Shown here: positions 55,561 to 63,186 of the stretch, piece after piece
Numbering within the stretch: the stretch's first letter is position 1
How the letters are laid out: the number at the start of each line of letters is the position of its first letter
Source: a virus
Taxonomy: Duplodnaviria > Caudoviricetes
Direction: 5' to 3' (one strand)
Virus record (IMG/VR): IMGVR_UViG_3300020050_006875
Span: 3,580-67,579 of that record
Length of the DNA: 64,000 bases
Made by a program: the position numbers and the translations under genes
The notes under the pieces: generated by a model
Told to the model about the DNA's origin: nothing
What the model saw: the letters and a program-made list of their open reading frames with translations, nothing else
Database searches by the model: none

Positions 55561-55595
55561 AATAATTTTTTCCCGGTTCCAAGCGGGGGCTTTCG
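55469..55595 (-). promoter_or_regulatory. structured 5' leader with alternative pairings
   Basis: CCCCGCT and CCCCTCTCGG can each pair with CCGAGCGGGG, which is followed by a T run; TGGAAC/GTTCCA helix. Confidence 0.55.
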
Positions 55596-55619
55596 CCAAT
55601 ACAATAATAAGTAAACTTT

Positions 55620-55847
55620 TTATTTTATGTGAGAAGCAAAGCAACTTTTTACGAATCTAAGCACTCTCCCCCAATAAATAGTGAATTGAAAAGTAGATTC
55701 AACTATTGAATTTCCCTCATCGTTATGCCCTAATTTTTCAATGCAAAATTCGACATCACAACAATTGTCTTCTTTTGATAGGCATATACGAAATGTCTTA
55801 TTGCCATCATCATCGTAATTAAATACTTCTAGTTTATTTGTAATCAT
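55620..55847 (-). CDS. hypothetical protein
   Basis: 75-aa ORF between the two structured leaders. Confidence 0.5.
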   Translation of the reverse strand: MITNKLEVFNYDDDGNKTFRICLSKEDNCCDVEFCIEKLGHNDEGNSIVESTFQFTIYWGRVLRFVKSCFASHIK

Positions 55848-55860
55848 AAAATTTTGTTAA

Positions 55861-55976
55861 AAAAAATGTCCTTTGTTCGCCGTTCAGGGTAGGAGACCTT
55901 ACTAAGCGGACAAAGGACAAGAAATGTTTTATACAACGCTACTCCTACACAGCGGCCTTTCGGCTCTGCAAAGATA
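55861..55976 (-). promoter_or_regulatory. promoter plus attenuator-like leader
   Basis: TATCTTTG (55969-55976), GCC-GAAA-GGC hairpin, 13/14-bp stem TGTCCTTTGTCCGC/GCGAACAAAGGACA with a T run. Confidence 0.65.
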
Positions 55977-56002
55977 GGAATAGTTATTTCACAATTCCAA
56001 AA

Positions 56003-56854
56003 TTATTTCACGCTCACCTTAACAGGTTTGTATCCTCTTAAAAAATCTTCAACATAAAACTTAGCCTCATCCATCCCAACTGGTCTTGACGCAACCGCAT
56101 ATCCTTCTAAACTTGTTGGAGCAAATTTAGAAGTTTTGTTTTGAGTTGCGGACACCATAGGAACTCCTTCAGCCTCTACTAAATATGGGCCTTTATATCC
56201 CTGACCGCTTGGATTGTATCTTCCGTAATCTAAAGGCGTTCCTTTTGCATAAAAAAGTCTTGGATTAGCAGCTTTTTTTAAATTTATTCCACCCTCTACT
56301 CCTCTTTGGGCCAATTCGCTAAATTCTTTTCCCGCTTCCGACCCACCAAACCCTTGTAAATTTTTAGTTTCTGTATTGACAATGTTTGTAAGGTCTGGGC
56401 TTCTATGGTAATACGCCTCTGGGTTTGGCTTAAATGTCCAAGGTGCTTTTTTTAAATAATACGAGTAAAGGTTTTTGCCCAACTTTTCTGCTATTGGTCT
56501 CACATACGGCGCAGCAGCTTTAACGCCTCTTCCTATAGCCTCTCCTGTAGCCAAATCAATAGCCGTTTGCTTTGCCGTCTCTGAAGGCGTGAATTGAAAC
56601 CCTTGTCCCGGATACGGTTTTTTACCAAGCGTTAAGGCTTGACCAATTTTCTCTCCTATACTCCCAGGCTTTTGACCAAACACAACAGGAGCGTTTACGC
56701 CTGTTTGCTGTGGCGTTGTTTCTCCACGAGCCACTTGCATAAATTGCCGTTGATTCAAAGGAGAAACCTCTGGCCTCATAAAGCCAAAGTTCACATTCTT
56801 CTCCTCTTCCTTTTGGAGCCTTCCTCCAGGCCCGTTCTGAAAATTGTTAGCCAT
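56003..56854 (-). CDS. hypothetical protein, possible ADP-ribosyltransferase-like C-terminal domain
   Basis: 283 aa, own promoter TAAATTTG (56859-56866); YYHRS...LFYAKG...YLVEA pattern. Confidence 0.55.
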   Translation of the reverse strand: MANNFQNGPGGRLQKEEEKNVNFGFMRPEVSPLNQRQFMQVARGETTPQQTGVNAPVVFGQKPGSIGEKIGQALTLGKKPYPGQGFQFTPSETAKQTAIDLATGEAIGRGVKAAAPYVRPIAEKLGKNLYSYYLKKAPWTFKPNPEAYYHRSPDLTNIVNTETKNLQGFGGSEAGKEFSELAQRGVEGGINLKKAANPRLFYAKGTPLDYGRYNPSGQGYKGPYLVEAEGVPMVSATQNKTSKFAPTSLEGYAVASRPVGMDEAKFYVEDFLRGYKPVKVSVK

Positions 56855-56868
56855 AACGCAAATTTAAA

Positions 56869-57411
56869 CTACTTTTCCCAATATACTTCCTCGCCCCTCC
56901 TGTAATGCTTCATGTTCTCCTTTGCCTTGTGAGAGACAAAGTGCTTCTCCTTGTAAACAACATAATTGTTGGGGAACAGAACAAATTGCCCACTGTCAAG
57001 ATGAATGAGCGAGAGCGGCTTGTGTTCGGAGGGATAGCGGCTGTAGCCATCCTTCCAATCAACAATTATTCCTGTGTGCCTTCCGTTAGGACCTGGGGAT
57101 AACATCTCCGTTGCCTCAAGCCCTTCTAAGAACGGCATATAAATGGCTTCTATTTCCTCCCCCATTCCTGCCCAGGGCATCAGCATCTCAGGGCCGTAAC
57201 GGAAGTCCTCCGTTGTGGAAATAGCGTGGAGAGGCAACCCACTCCAATGCGCCCCTGATTCAAGGAACACATGGCAGAGCATCGTCTGGAACTCCCGGCA
57301 ATATATGCCGTGCCAAATAGCCTTTGTAACGCCCTCCGGCATATCAGGGCCGAGGAACGAATTGTTCACATTTACATAGAAATGGAACGGAAGGGGGGTG
57401 TGTTTGGGCAT
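56869..57411 (-). CDS. conserved-looking phage protein of unknown function
   Basis: ESGAHWSGLPLHA...SEHKPLSLIHLDSGQFVLFPNNY motifs recalled from aquatic phages. Confidence 0.7.
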   Translation of the reverse strand: MPKHTPLPFHFYVNVNNSFLGPDMPEGVTKAIWHGIYCREFQTMLCHVFLESGAHWSGLPLHAISTTEDFRYGPEMLMPWAGMGEEIEAIYMPFLEGLEATEMLSPGPNGRHTGIIVDWKDGYSRYPSEHKPLSLIHLDSGQFVLFPNNYVVYKEKHFVSHKAKENMKHYRRGEEVYWEK

Positions 57412-57881
57412 TATTTCCCTGTAACCTTCTTCATAACAGCCTCCGAAGGGCGTTTAACAGGAGCGACAATGGCTGCTGGCTTTATTTCCTTTTTGGAGGA
57501 GAAAGGATTGATAGGGCGGCCATTTTTGTCGTATTTTAAAAACATTTCAGGAGTATTTTCTATAGATTTTACCACTGGGTTAATTGCCATTATTTTAGAA
57601 ATTGATGGCCTCTCTCCTTTCAATCTTTGACGAGAATAATTCTCCTCGGCTTCTTTTAGTGGTCCTTCTAATTTTGCTAACGCTTTGCTTCTTTCTTTGT
57701 TTTCAAGAGCATCAATAATGCCTCCTCTGCTATTAGCGGCAATTATATTCCCACTAATATTTTCTTGCATATCTCGTATGTCTCGAATTTTTTTAGAAAA
57801 ATATCCTGAGCTATCTGGAGTAGCTCCAAGAGCTTTATTTTTGTGAGGTTTAACCAATCCTTTGTTATTATCGTCTGCCAT
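57411..57881 (-). CDS. hypothetical basic protein
   Basis: 156 aa, promoter TAAATTTG at 57907-57914. Confidence 0.6.
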   Translation of the reverse strand: MADDNNKGLVKPHKNKALGATPDSSGYFSKKIRDIRDMQENISGNIIAANSRGGIIDALENKERSKALAKLEGPLKEAEENYSRQRLKGERPSISKIMAINPVVKSIENTPEMFLKYDKNGRPINPFSSKKEIKPAAIVAPVKRPSEAVMKKVTGK

Positions 57882-57934
57882 GTCTTTATTGTTTAAATGT
57901 TAAACGCAAATTTACACTTTATTAAATTTCCACT

Positions 57935-58954
57935 TTACACAATCTTACCATTCTTAATCCTCTTGTTCTGCACATCCACTATTCCACTCTCGTCAAGCGT
58001 TATTAGTGCCACCCCGTGATTCCAGGAATTAATAGGCATATAGAGCGGATGCAGCTCGCACAATGAGCCTACACTCCATGTTGTAATCATCTGTCCGTTA
58101 ATGTCTTGTTCGACATGGCTCGAAGACCTGTGGTGATGTCCACATATTGTGTTAGCCTTAGCCCGTAAATACAATCCCCTAGCAATGTTTACAGGAGAGC
58201 TAATCCCAGAAGGGAACTCGTGACCGTGAGCCACATTCAAATTTCCCACCTTTATAATCCTCTTGTCTGTAACGAAGTCAATAGGGAAATCCTTGCCAAG
58301 CCTGTTCCGCAGAATTGTCTCAAGATTAATTTGCTTCATCTCCTCAAAGTCTGTCAATTGAGGAATTTCTGCGAACTTCTGCCAGATGTAATGCTCAAAC
58401 CTCTCGTCGTGATTGCCATACTTGAACACCACCTTCTCAGGACTAAGCGTTTCAAATATTGTCTTTAACAACTCCACTCCCACCTTTATCTCCTCAGCCG
58501 TGTTGCGTTTATCAGGGTCTTTGGCATATCTACTCATCCCGTAGAAGTCAAAGAAGTCCCCTCCTATAAGCAATGTCGTAATGTCCTTGTCTGAAAGGAA
58601 GTCTAAAGCCGCCGTGAGAGCCTCAATGCTGTGATAGGGAGCATGGACATCAAAAAGGGCCGCAATTCGCTGTGGCCCCTCTATAACATACGGAAGATAT
58701 TCTTTCTCCTCACTCTTCGGAAGGGCATACGGATTTTTCGGACGCTCCCCTTCAAGGAACAATTCTTTATTTGCTGTGTCTTTTCTAATCCTCGCCCCAG
58801 ACTTCCCTTCTATCACCCGTAATCCAACCCTTGCATCTTCAAGATTTGTAAAAAGCAAGGGGTGTTCCTTGTACATTATCCTAGCAAGCGTTTTTGTAGG
58901 CATTTCCATGCCGTACTTCGTCCTATACTCACGACACAATTGGGACTTCTTCAT
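57935..58954 (-). CDS. calcineurin-like metallophosphoesterase
   Basis: DVH, GGDFFD, GNHDER, AHGHE, GHHH motifs; promoter TATATTTG at 58980-58987. Confidence 0.88.
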   Translation of the reverse strand: MKKSQLCREYRTKYGMEMPTKTLARIMYKEHPLLFTNLEDARVGLRVIEGKSGARIRKDTANKELFLEGERPKNPYALPKSEEKEYLPYVIEGPQRIAALFDVHAPYHSIEALTAALDFLSDKDITTLLIGGDFFDFYGMSRYAKDPDKRNTAEEIKVGVELLKTIFETLSPEKVVFKYGNHDERFEHYIWQKFAEIPQLTDFEEMKQINLETILRNRLGKDFPIDFVTDKRIIKVGNLNVAHGHEFPSGISSPVNIARGLYLRAKANTICGHHHRSSSHVEQDINGQMITTWSVGSLCELHPLYMPINSWNHGVALITLDESGIVDVQNKRIKNGKIV

Positions 58955-59075
58955 TTATGTATGGGAGAAAATTGTTCTGCAAATATACAAAAAGAAAAAA
59001 GGGAACTAAAAGCCCCCTCGTTTCAATTTAATACAAGCAAATGAGTGTACTTTAACACATTAAACAAAACAAATT

Positions 59076-59270
59076 TTATTCTTTCAAGCCATCATAAACC
59101 TCTTTCCAATAATTAAAGCCTTGAGGTGTTTCCATCCATTCAAAAGCACTCACCAAAGCCATTTTAAGGGAATTATACTTTAAACGAGGACTCACCATAT
59201 TCTCTAAAGCCTGTTCCTTGTAGGGAGAAGGTAAATCTTCCTCCACCCATTCAATCACCGTTTTTGTCAT
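59076..59270 (-). CDS. hypothetical protein
   Basis: 64 aa, ends AFEWMETPQGFNYW; promoter TAGATTTG at 59288-59295. Confidence 0.6.
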   Translation of the reverse strand: MTKTVIEWVEEDLPSPYKEQALENMVSPRLKYNSLKMALVSAFEWMETPQGFNYWKEVYDGLKE

Positions 59271-59304
59271 TCAGCCAATCTGTGGCACAAATCTACAACA
59301 TTAA

Positions 59305-59586
59305 CTATTCAAACAAATTATGCGTATCAACATCTGTGTACACCTTGATCAGCTGCCTTAATTCGTTGCCCATAGCCTCCACCATAGCACTTCTATCCTC
59401 AAAAGACATCTTTTCATTCTCTTGAAGCCTCCAGGCTCTGTCCATTAAGGCACTGCTGAAGATGTGGAGAATAGCCCTAAACCCATCATTCGTGAAATCT
59501 GGAGGTGTCCCCTCTTTTATCTCGTGGTTGAGAATCATCATTTCAATATTCTCAAGTAAATCGTTTAACTCAATCGCTATTGCCAT
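59305..59586 (-). CDS. hypothetical protein
   Basis: 93-aa acidic ORF. Confidence 0.65.
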   Translation of the reverse strand: MAIAIELNDLLENIEMMILNHEIKEGTPPDFTNDGFRAILHIFSSALMDRAWRLQENEKMSFEDRSAMVEAMGNELRQLIKVYTDVDTHNLFE

Positions 59587-59588
59587 AA

Positions 59589-59891
59589 TTATTTATTGTC
59601 TTCGCCTTTAAAAATAGCCATCACCAATGCCCCGAAAGCTGCCGCTGCAACGGCTATTGTCTTCCAAACAGACTTAGAAGCCTTTGCCTCCACTTTTATT
59701 GCCTCCAGGGCTTTAGTTTGTTCCTTGTAATACTGAACATCCCTCTCCAAATCCTTTACCCTGCGCAATAACTCCTTGTTCATGTCAAGAAGTTCTATTA
59801 TCTCTTGCTCGTTTATGCGAAGCACCCCTTCAAGCTGCTCCCGGCTATAGCCCATTATGGCATCCATGTCAAATGACAACGACTTTCTCAT
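59589..59891 (-). CDS. coiled-coil protein with C-terminal membrane anchor
   Basis: Heptad-rich body, VWKTIAVAAAAFGALVMAIF tail; start at ATG 59891. Confidence 0.65.
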   Translation of the reverse strand: MRKSLSFDMDAIMGYSREQLEGVLRINEQEIIELLDMNKELLRRVKDLERDVQYYKEQTKALEAIKVEAKASKSVWKTIAVAAAAFGALVMAIFKGEDNK

Positions 59892-59901
59892 ATTGTTAGA
59901 C

Positions 59902-59926
59902 AAAAAAGGGAAGCTATTAACCTCCC
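59902..59926 (-). terminator. intrinsic terminator
   Basis: GGGAGG-TTAATAG-CTTCCC-TTTTTT. Confidence 0.75.
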
Positions 59927-59954
59927 TCTTTTTAAAGTTAAGTATTAAAGCTTA

Positions 59955-60563
59955 TTAATCAAATACATTCCAAATAAATACTTGGTTAGTAGTGAGGCCA
60001 TCAATAGAGGTGGCGTTTACTTGAAAAACAAAAAGACCCGTAGTACTGCCAGTAGTAAATTGAAACCCTTTTAAATATTGGTTAACAAGTGGTCTAAGCG
60101 AAATTGAAGTTCCGGCCAATGGCTGTATAATATCAATAGACCAAGATGATTGGACAATTTCAACTCCATTTCCAGTTAATGTGGGGTTATACGATGCAAA
60201 TGAATTACTACTCCCAGATCCATTAGACGAAATATTTATATTATGGCCTAAAGACTGATTAAGTGCTATATAAATATTTGGAGCGTAAGAAGTTATTCCG
60301 GGGGTGGTTGCGCCTGCGCCTCTTGCAATAGAGGACACAGGAGTTAGTAAGAAATACGGGATGATTACTCCCGGCTGCTCTTCATAATAAAGCATTGTGG
60401 TAGGAACTCCATTTTTAGTCACGGACTTAACATTCGACCAATCAATTCTATCCGAATCAAAAGATATGTAATCGTTTTGACTTAAAGGAAGTACCGAAAA
60501 AGAACTTGGCGGAACATAGTTTGGATCAACCGTTACATCCGACCTCAACAGATTTAATATCAT
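59955..60563 (-). CDS. beta-rich hypothetical protein (possible Ig-like/structural)
   Basis: 202 aa, S/T/N-rich, monocistronic with promoter TATCTTTG (60579-60586). Confidence 0.6.
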   Translation of the reverse strand: MILNLLRSDVTVDPNYVPPSSFSVLPLSQNDYISFDSDRIDWSNVKSVTKNGVPTTMLYYEEQPGVIIPYFLLTPVSSIARGAGATTPGITSYAPNIYIALNQSLGHNINISSNGSGSSNSFASYNPTLTGNGVEIVQSSWSIDIIQPLAGTSISLRPLVNQYLKGFQFTTGSTTGLFVFQVNATSIDGLTTNQVFIWNVFD

Positions 60564-60618
60564 AATCTTGTTTTTTTACAAAGATACAAATATCTAAAAT
60601 AGATGACAAATAACTAGT

Positions 60619-60972
60619 TTATTTGGCCAAAGATACGACCATCCTCTTCTCTTCGTCCATCCACTTCTGGAGTATCTCACGAATGATTTGTTGTTTATTT
60701 CTTTGCCCCACTAATGTAATCAATTCTTCGTACATACTTTTTGTAATCACCACAGATGTCTTGTGCGATAAAGGCTCATCATAATACACCTTCTCCACCC
60801 TCTCCATATTGGCATTTCTAGAAAAGAACCACTTCCCGTGACACTTGTTGCCGTTTATTATGGCTGAACTAATTGTCTTCCAGCTAATGCCTAACGCATT
60901 CCCAGCCTCTAATAGGGACGCATATTTAGCCACAGGGCGTAATTCGAGGTCAAATTGATACACTTTTCTCAT
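60619..60972 (-). CDS. NUMOD1-like domain plus ribbon-helix-helix-like DNA-binding protein
   Basis: RKVYQFDLELRPVAKYASLLEAG...GKWFF; TSVVITKSMYEEL...NKQQIIREIL. Confidence 0.65.
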   Translation of the reverse strand: MRKVYQFDLELRPVAKYASLLEAGNALGISWKTISSAIINGNKCHGKWFFSRNANMERVEKVYYDEPLSHKTSVVITKSMYEELITLVGQRNKQQIIREILQKWMDEEKRMVVSLAK

Positions 60973-60995
60973 AAAAAAAGCTCGTCTTTCCGAGC
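60973..60995 (-). terminator. intrinsic terminator directly abutting an ATG
   Basis: GCTCG-GAAAGA-CGAGC-TTTTTTT-ATG. Confidence 0.65.
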
Positions 60996-61044
60996 CGTCA
61001 ATGCTTATTTTCTATTGAGGAATAGCTTCGTCATCCCTACCTCT

Positions 61045-61305
61045 TTATTTGCAATCCACAGAAAGCACCTTTGTCACAAGTGTGTCCTTTAAAATAAACC
61101 TCTGAACATTCACTTGATTGCCCATCCATTCATTGTTGCTCCCACAGGAATAATACGAGCTAGATGTTGTCTTAGGGAATCCATCACGAGCGGGGTAGTA
61201 GTCCTCAGAAAGCATTTGTGCACACACTTTGCAGTCTTTCTTGCAGCCACACAGAATGGGGGCAATTAAGGCTATGTTTAAACACAGAGACAGGGCTAAT
61301 TTCAC
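61045..61305 (-). CDS. Cys-rich lipoprotein
   Basis: Hydrophobic signal, lipobox ILCG-C, then KKDCKVC. Confidence 0.7.
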   Translation of the reverse strand: MKLALSLCLNIALIAPILCGCKKDCKVCAQMLSEDYYPARDGFPKTTSSSYYSCGSNNEWMGNQVNVQRFILKDTLVTKVLSVDCK

Positions 61306-61664
61306 TTAGCCAAAGATACGGCTATTCGCTTTTCTTTCTTCACCCAATCTGTTATAAGGCCACGAATAATGTCTTGCTTGTTTCGTTGCCCCACAGCCTT
61401 AATGAACTCGTCAACAAGCTCTTCTGAAATCATTAGGCTCATTTTAACATTGTGACGCAGCTTTCTGCTGTTGTCAATTTTTGTAGGCGTTTCTTTAGGA
61501 ACTTCAAGCATAGGCGTTCTTGTAAAATAATAGCCCCCAAGAGCGTATTTGTTCTTCATAGCCCTTTCTATTTCCTTCATAAGGAATCCTGTATCTCTCT
61601 GTACTTCCCAAAGTGCGCCATACTTCCTGACGAATGTTTGGGACTCGTTCCACTGGTAAATCAT
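61302..61664 (-). CDS. NUMOD1-like plus RHH-like protein (paralog of 60619-60972)
   Basis: IYQWNESQTFVRKY...GGYYFT; MSLMISEELVDEFIKAVGQRNKQDIIRGLI...AVSLAK. Confidence 0.65.
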   Translation of the reverse strand: MIYQWNESQTFVRKYGALWEVQRDTGFLMKEIERAMKNKYALGGYYFTRTPMLEVPKETPTKIDNSRKLRHNVKMSLMISEELVDEFIKAVGQRNKQDIIRGLITDWVKKEKRIAVSLAK

Positions 61665-61912
61665 TTCTTATATGTTTCGTTGTAATACTCATCAAAATCG
61701 CACATTGCTCTTGCCCACACGGTTCTTTTTTCCACTTGAGCCAAGGCATCATCCCATGTCTTCCCGTGCTGCTCCTTCTCCATTGCTTTGGCTTGTTCTT
61801 GAATGTGAACAGGAATAAATTCCATATTCTTATGAATTTCTTCAATTAGCCATTCCACTGCCGTTACCATTTCGTTGGACTCACCGATATGGTTTGCTTG
61901 TTTATTTTCCAT
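61661..61912 (-). CDS. TAVEWL-repeat family protein, copy 3
   Basis: MVTAVEWL...QAKAMEK...YYNETYKK; start at ATG 61912. Confidence 0.7.
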   Translation of the reverse strand: MENKQANHIGESNEMVTAVEWLIEEIHKNMEFIPVHIQEQAKAMEKEQHGKTWDDALAQVEKRTVWARAMCDFDEYYNETYKK

Positions 61913-62267
61913 AAATTTCGTTGTAAAATAGTTCTCCTTCCTCAGAAGTGTAATCATAAGCATCTCCTACACCAAATTCATAAGCATTCATTATTTGGGT
62001 TTTCTCCATCTCCTTGGCCTTATCCAAAATAGCATACCAAACCATTTTATCTTTTGGCTCTTCCCATAATTGCTTGAATAGCCATTCAACTGCCGTTACC
62101 ATTTTGTTGGACTCAACGATATGGGTGGATTGTTCTTGTTGCCATTTAGCACCAGCGATAAATGCTTTAATTCTATTTGGAGCATTATGTGGTTTACCAA
62201 ACTCTAATGTAGTTTGTTGTTCATTCCATTTTTCAGCAGCTTCTTCAAGTGTTTGTTTATTTTCCAT
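61902..62267 (-). CDS. TAVEWL-repeat family protein, copy 2
   Basis: MENKQTLEEAA...AKWQQE...MVTAVEWL...KAKEMEK...FYNEIYGK; start at ATG 62267. Confidence 0.7.
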   Translation of the reverse strand: MENKQTLEEAAEKWNEQQTTLEFGKPHNAPNRIKAFIAGAKWQQEQSTHIVESNKMVTAVEWLFKQLWEEPKDKMVWYAILDKAKEMEKTQIMNAYEFGVGDAYDYTSEEGELFYNEIYGK

Positions 62268-62481
62268 ATGTTTCGTTGTAATAGTCTTCTGCTTTAAAAC
62301 TTCCAAACAACACCGGAAGTCTTCCGTTTTTAAAAGACTCTTCAATCTGCTGCTTCTCCATTGCTTTGGCTTGTTCAATAAGTTCATCAAGAGTTTTCCA
62401 ATCTAAATCTAACCTTGAAGAAGAACCATATTGCTCAAGATTATTTTTTAGCCATTCAACGGCTGTCTGTTTTGCTTCCAT
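62257..62481 (-). CDS. TAVEWL-repeat family protein, copy 1
   Basis: QTAVEWL...QAKAMEK...YYNETYGK. Confidence 0.7.
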   Translation of the reverse strand: MEAKQTAVEWLKNNLEQYGSSSRLDLDWKTLDELIEQAKAMEKQQIEESFKNGRLPVLFGSFKAEDYYNETYGK

Positions 62482-62686
62482 TCAATATGTCTTTTATTTG
62501 TTTCATTATACTTTCATTCTTCTGTCCCCAGAACATCTCGCAGCTCACCTTCCCCTCCTCGTCTGTTTTGAAAGGAGGCGTAAAGAAATAAGCCTGTAAA
62601 TGCTCGTCAGGAGGTGTAAGAAACCTCACACAATGTTCCTTCACGGGACACTCTCCCCCAGGGCAAATTGTTATATCACTGTTCAT
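62456..62686 (-). CDS. small Cys-rich phage protein
   Basis: DITICPGGECPVKEHCVRF...CEMFW; start at ATG 62686. Confidence 0.7.
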   Translation of the reverse strand: MNSDITICPGGECPVKEHCVRFLTPPDEHLQAYFFTPPFKTDEEGKVSCEMFWGQKNESIMKQIKDILNGSKTDSR

Positions 62687-62700
62687 TTCATTCTGTTTAG

Positions 62701-62783
62701 CAGTTAGGACGGGAATCGAACCCGCAACGATGCAACCTTTAAAGGATGTGATAAGCCATTTCCACATTACGCATTACCTAACC
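62701..62783 (-). tRNA. degenerate tRNA-like element, anticodon undetermined
   Basis: Acceptor GGTTAGG/CCTAACT and T-arm GCGGG-TTCGATT-CCCGT intact; D and anticodon arms non-canonical. Confidence 0.4.
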
Positions 62784-62818
62784 ATTTTCCACATTACGCA
62801 TTATATCCTAACCATTTG

Positions 62819-62908
62819 CCACAGGGGGGGGACTCGAACCCCCATTTCCAAGCTATGAACTCGGCTGTTACCCAAGGTGCTATTCATTCGCACTTACACT
62901 ACCCTGTG
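62819..62908 (-). tRNA. tRNA(CAT) (elongator Met or Ile2) with an inserted D-loop hairpin
   Basis: Acceptor CACAGGG/CCCTGTG; anticodon arm CCGAG-TTCATAG-CTTGG; T-arm GGGGG-TTCGAGT-CCCCC; 90 nt. Confidence 0.65.
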
Positions 62909-62940
62909 TTGTATTTATATGTTGTCCAATTATTCCATCA

Positions 62941-63186
62941 CTAAAACTCCATATTGTCATTATTGACGGAAAGCCCCATCAATTCATCAAATTGCTCAAC
63001 AGGAATGTTAACATACACCTCCTGGCAAGCCCCTGTCAACAACACTATTGTCCTTCCATTCCCAGCATTGGAATATGCCATAACATCATTGCGCCTAAAA
63101 CGCACATCACTTGTTATTGTTGCCACAAGTCCCTGGCAAAACACCCAGCCGTTGATCACGCTAAAACTATAACCTTCTACTTTCAT
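62941..63186 (-). CDS. hypothetical protein
   Basis: 81 aa, ATGA overlap with the upstream gene. Confidence 0.55.
   Translation of the reverse strand: MKVEGYSFSVINGWVFCQGLVATITSDVRFRRNDVMAYSNAGNGRTIVLLTGACQEVYVNIPVEQFDELMGLSVNNDNMEF

Noticed and set aside
62756-62813. Mini CRISPR-like array
   Set aside because: Only two abutting imperfect copies with no spacer, and the unit is the 5' half of the tRNA-like element.
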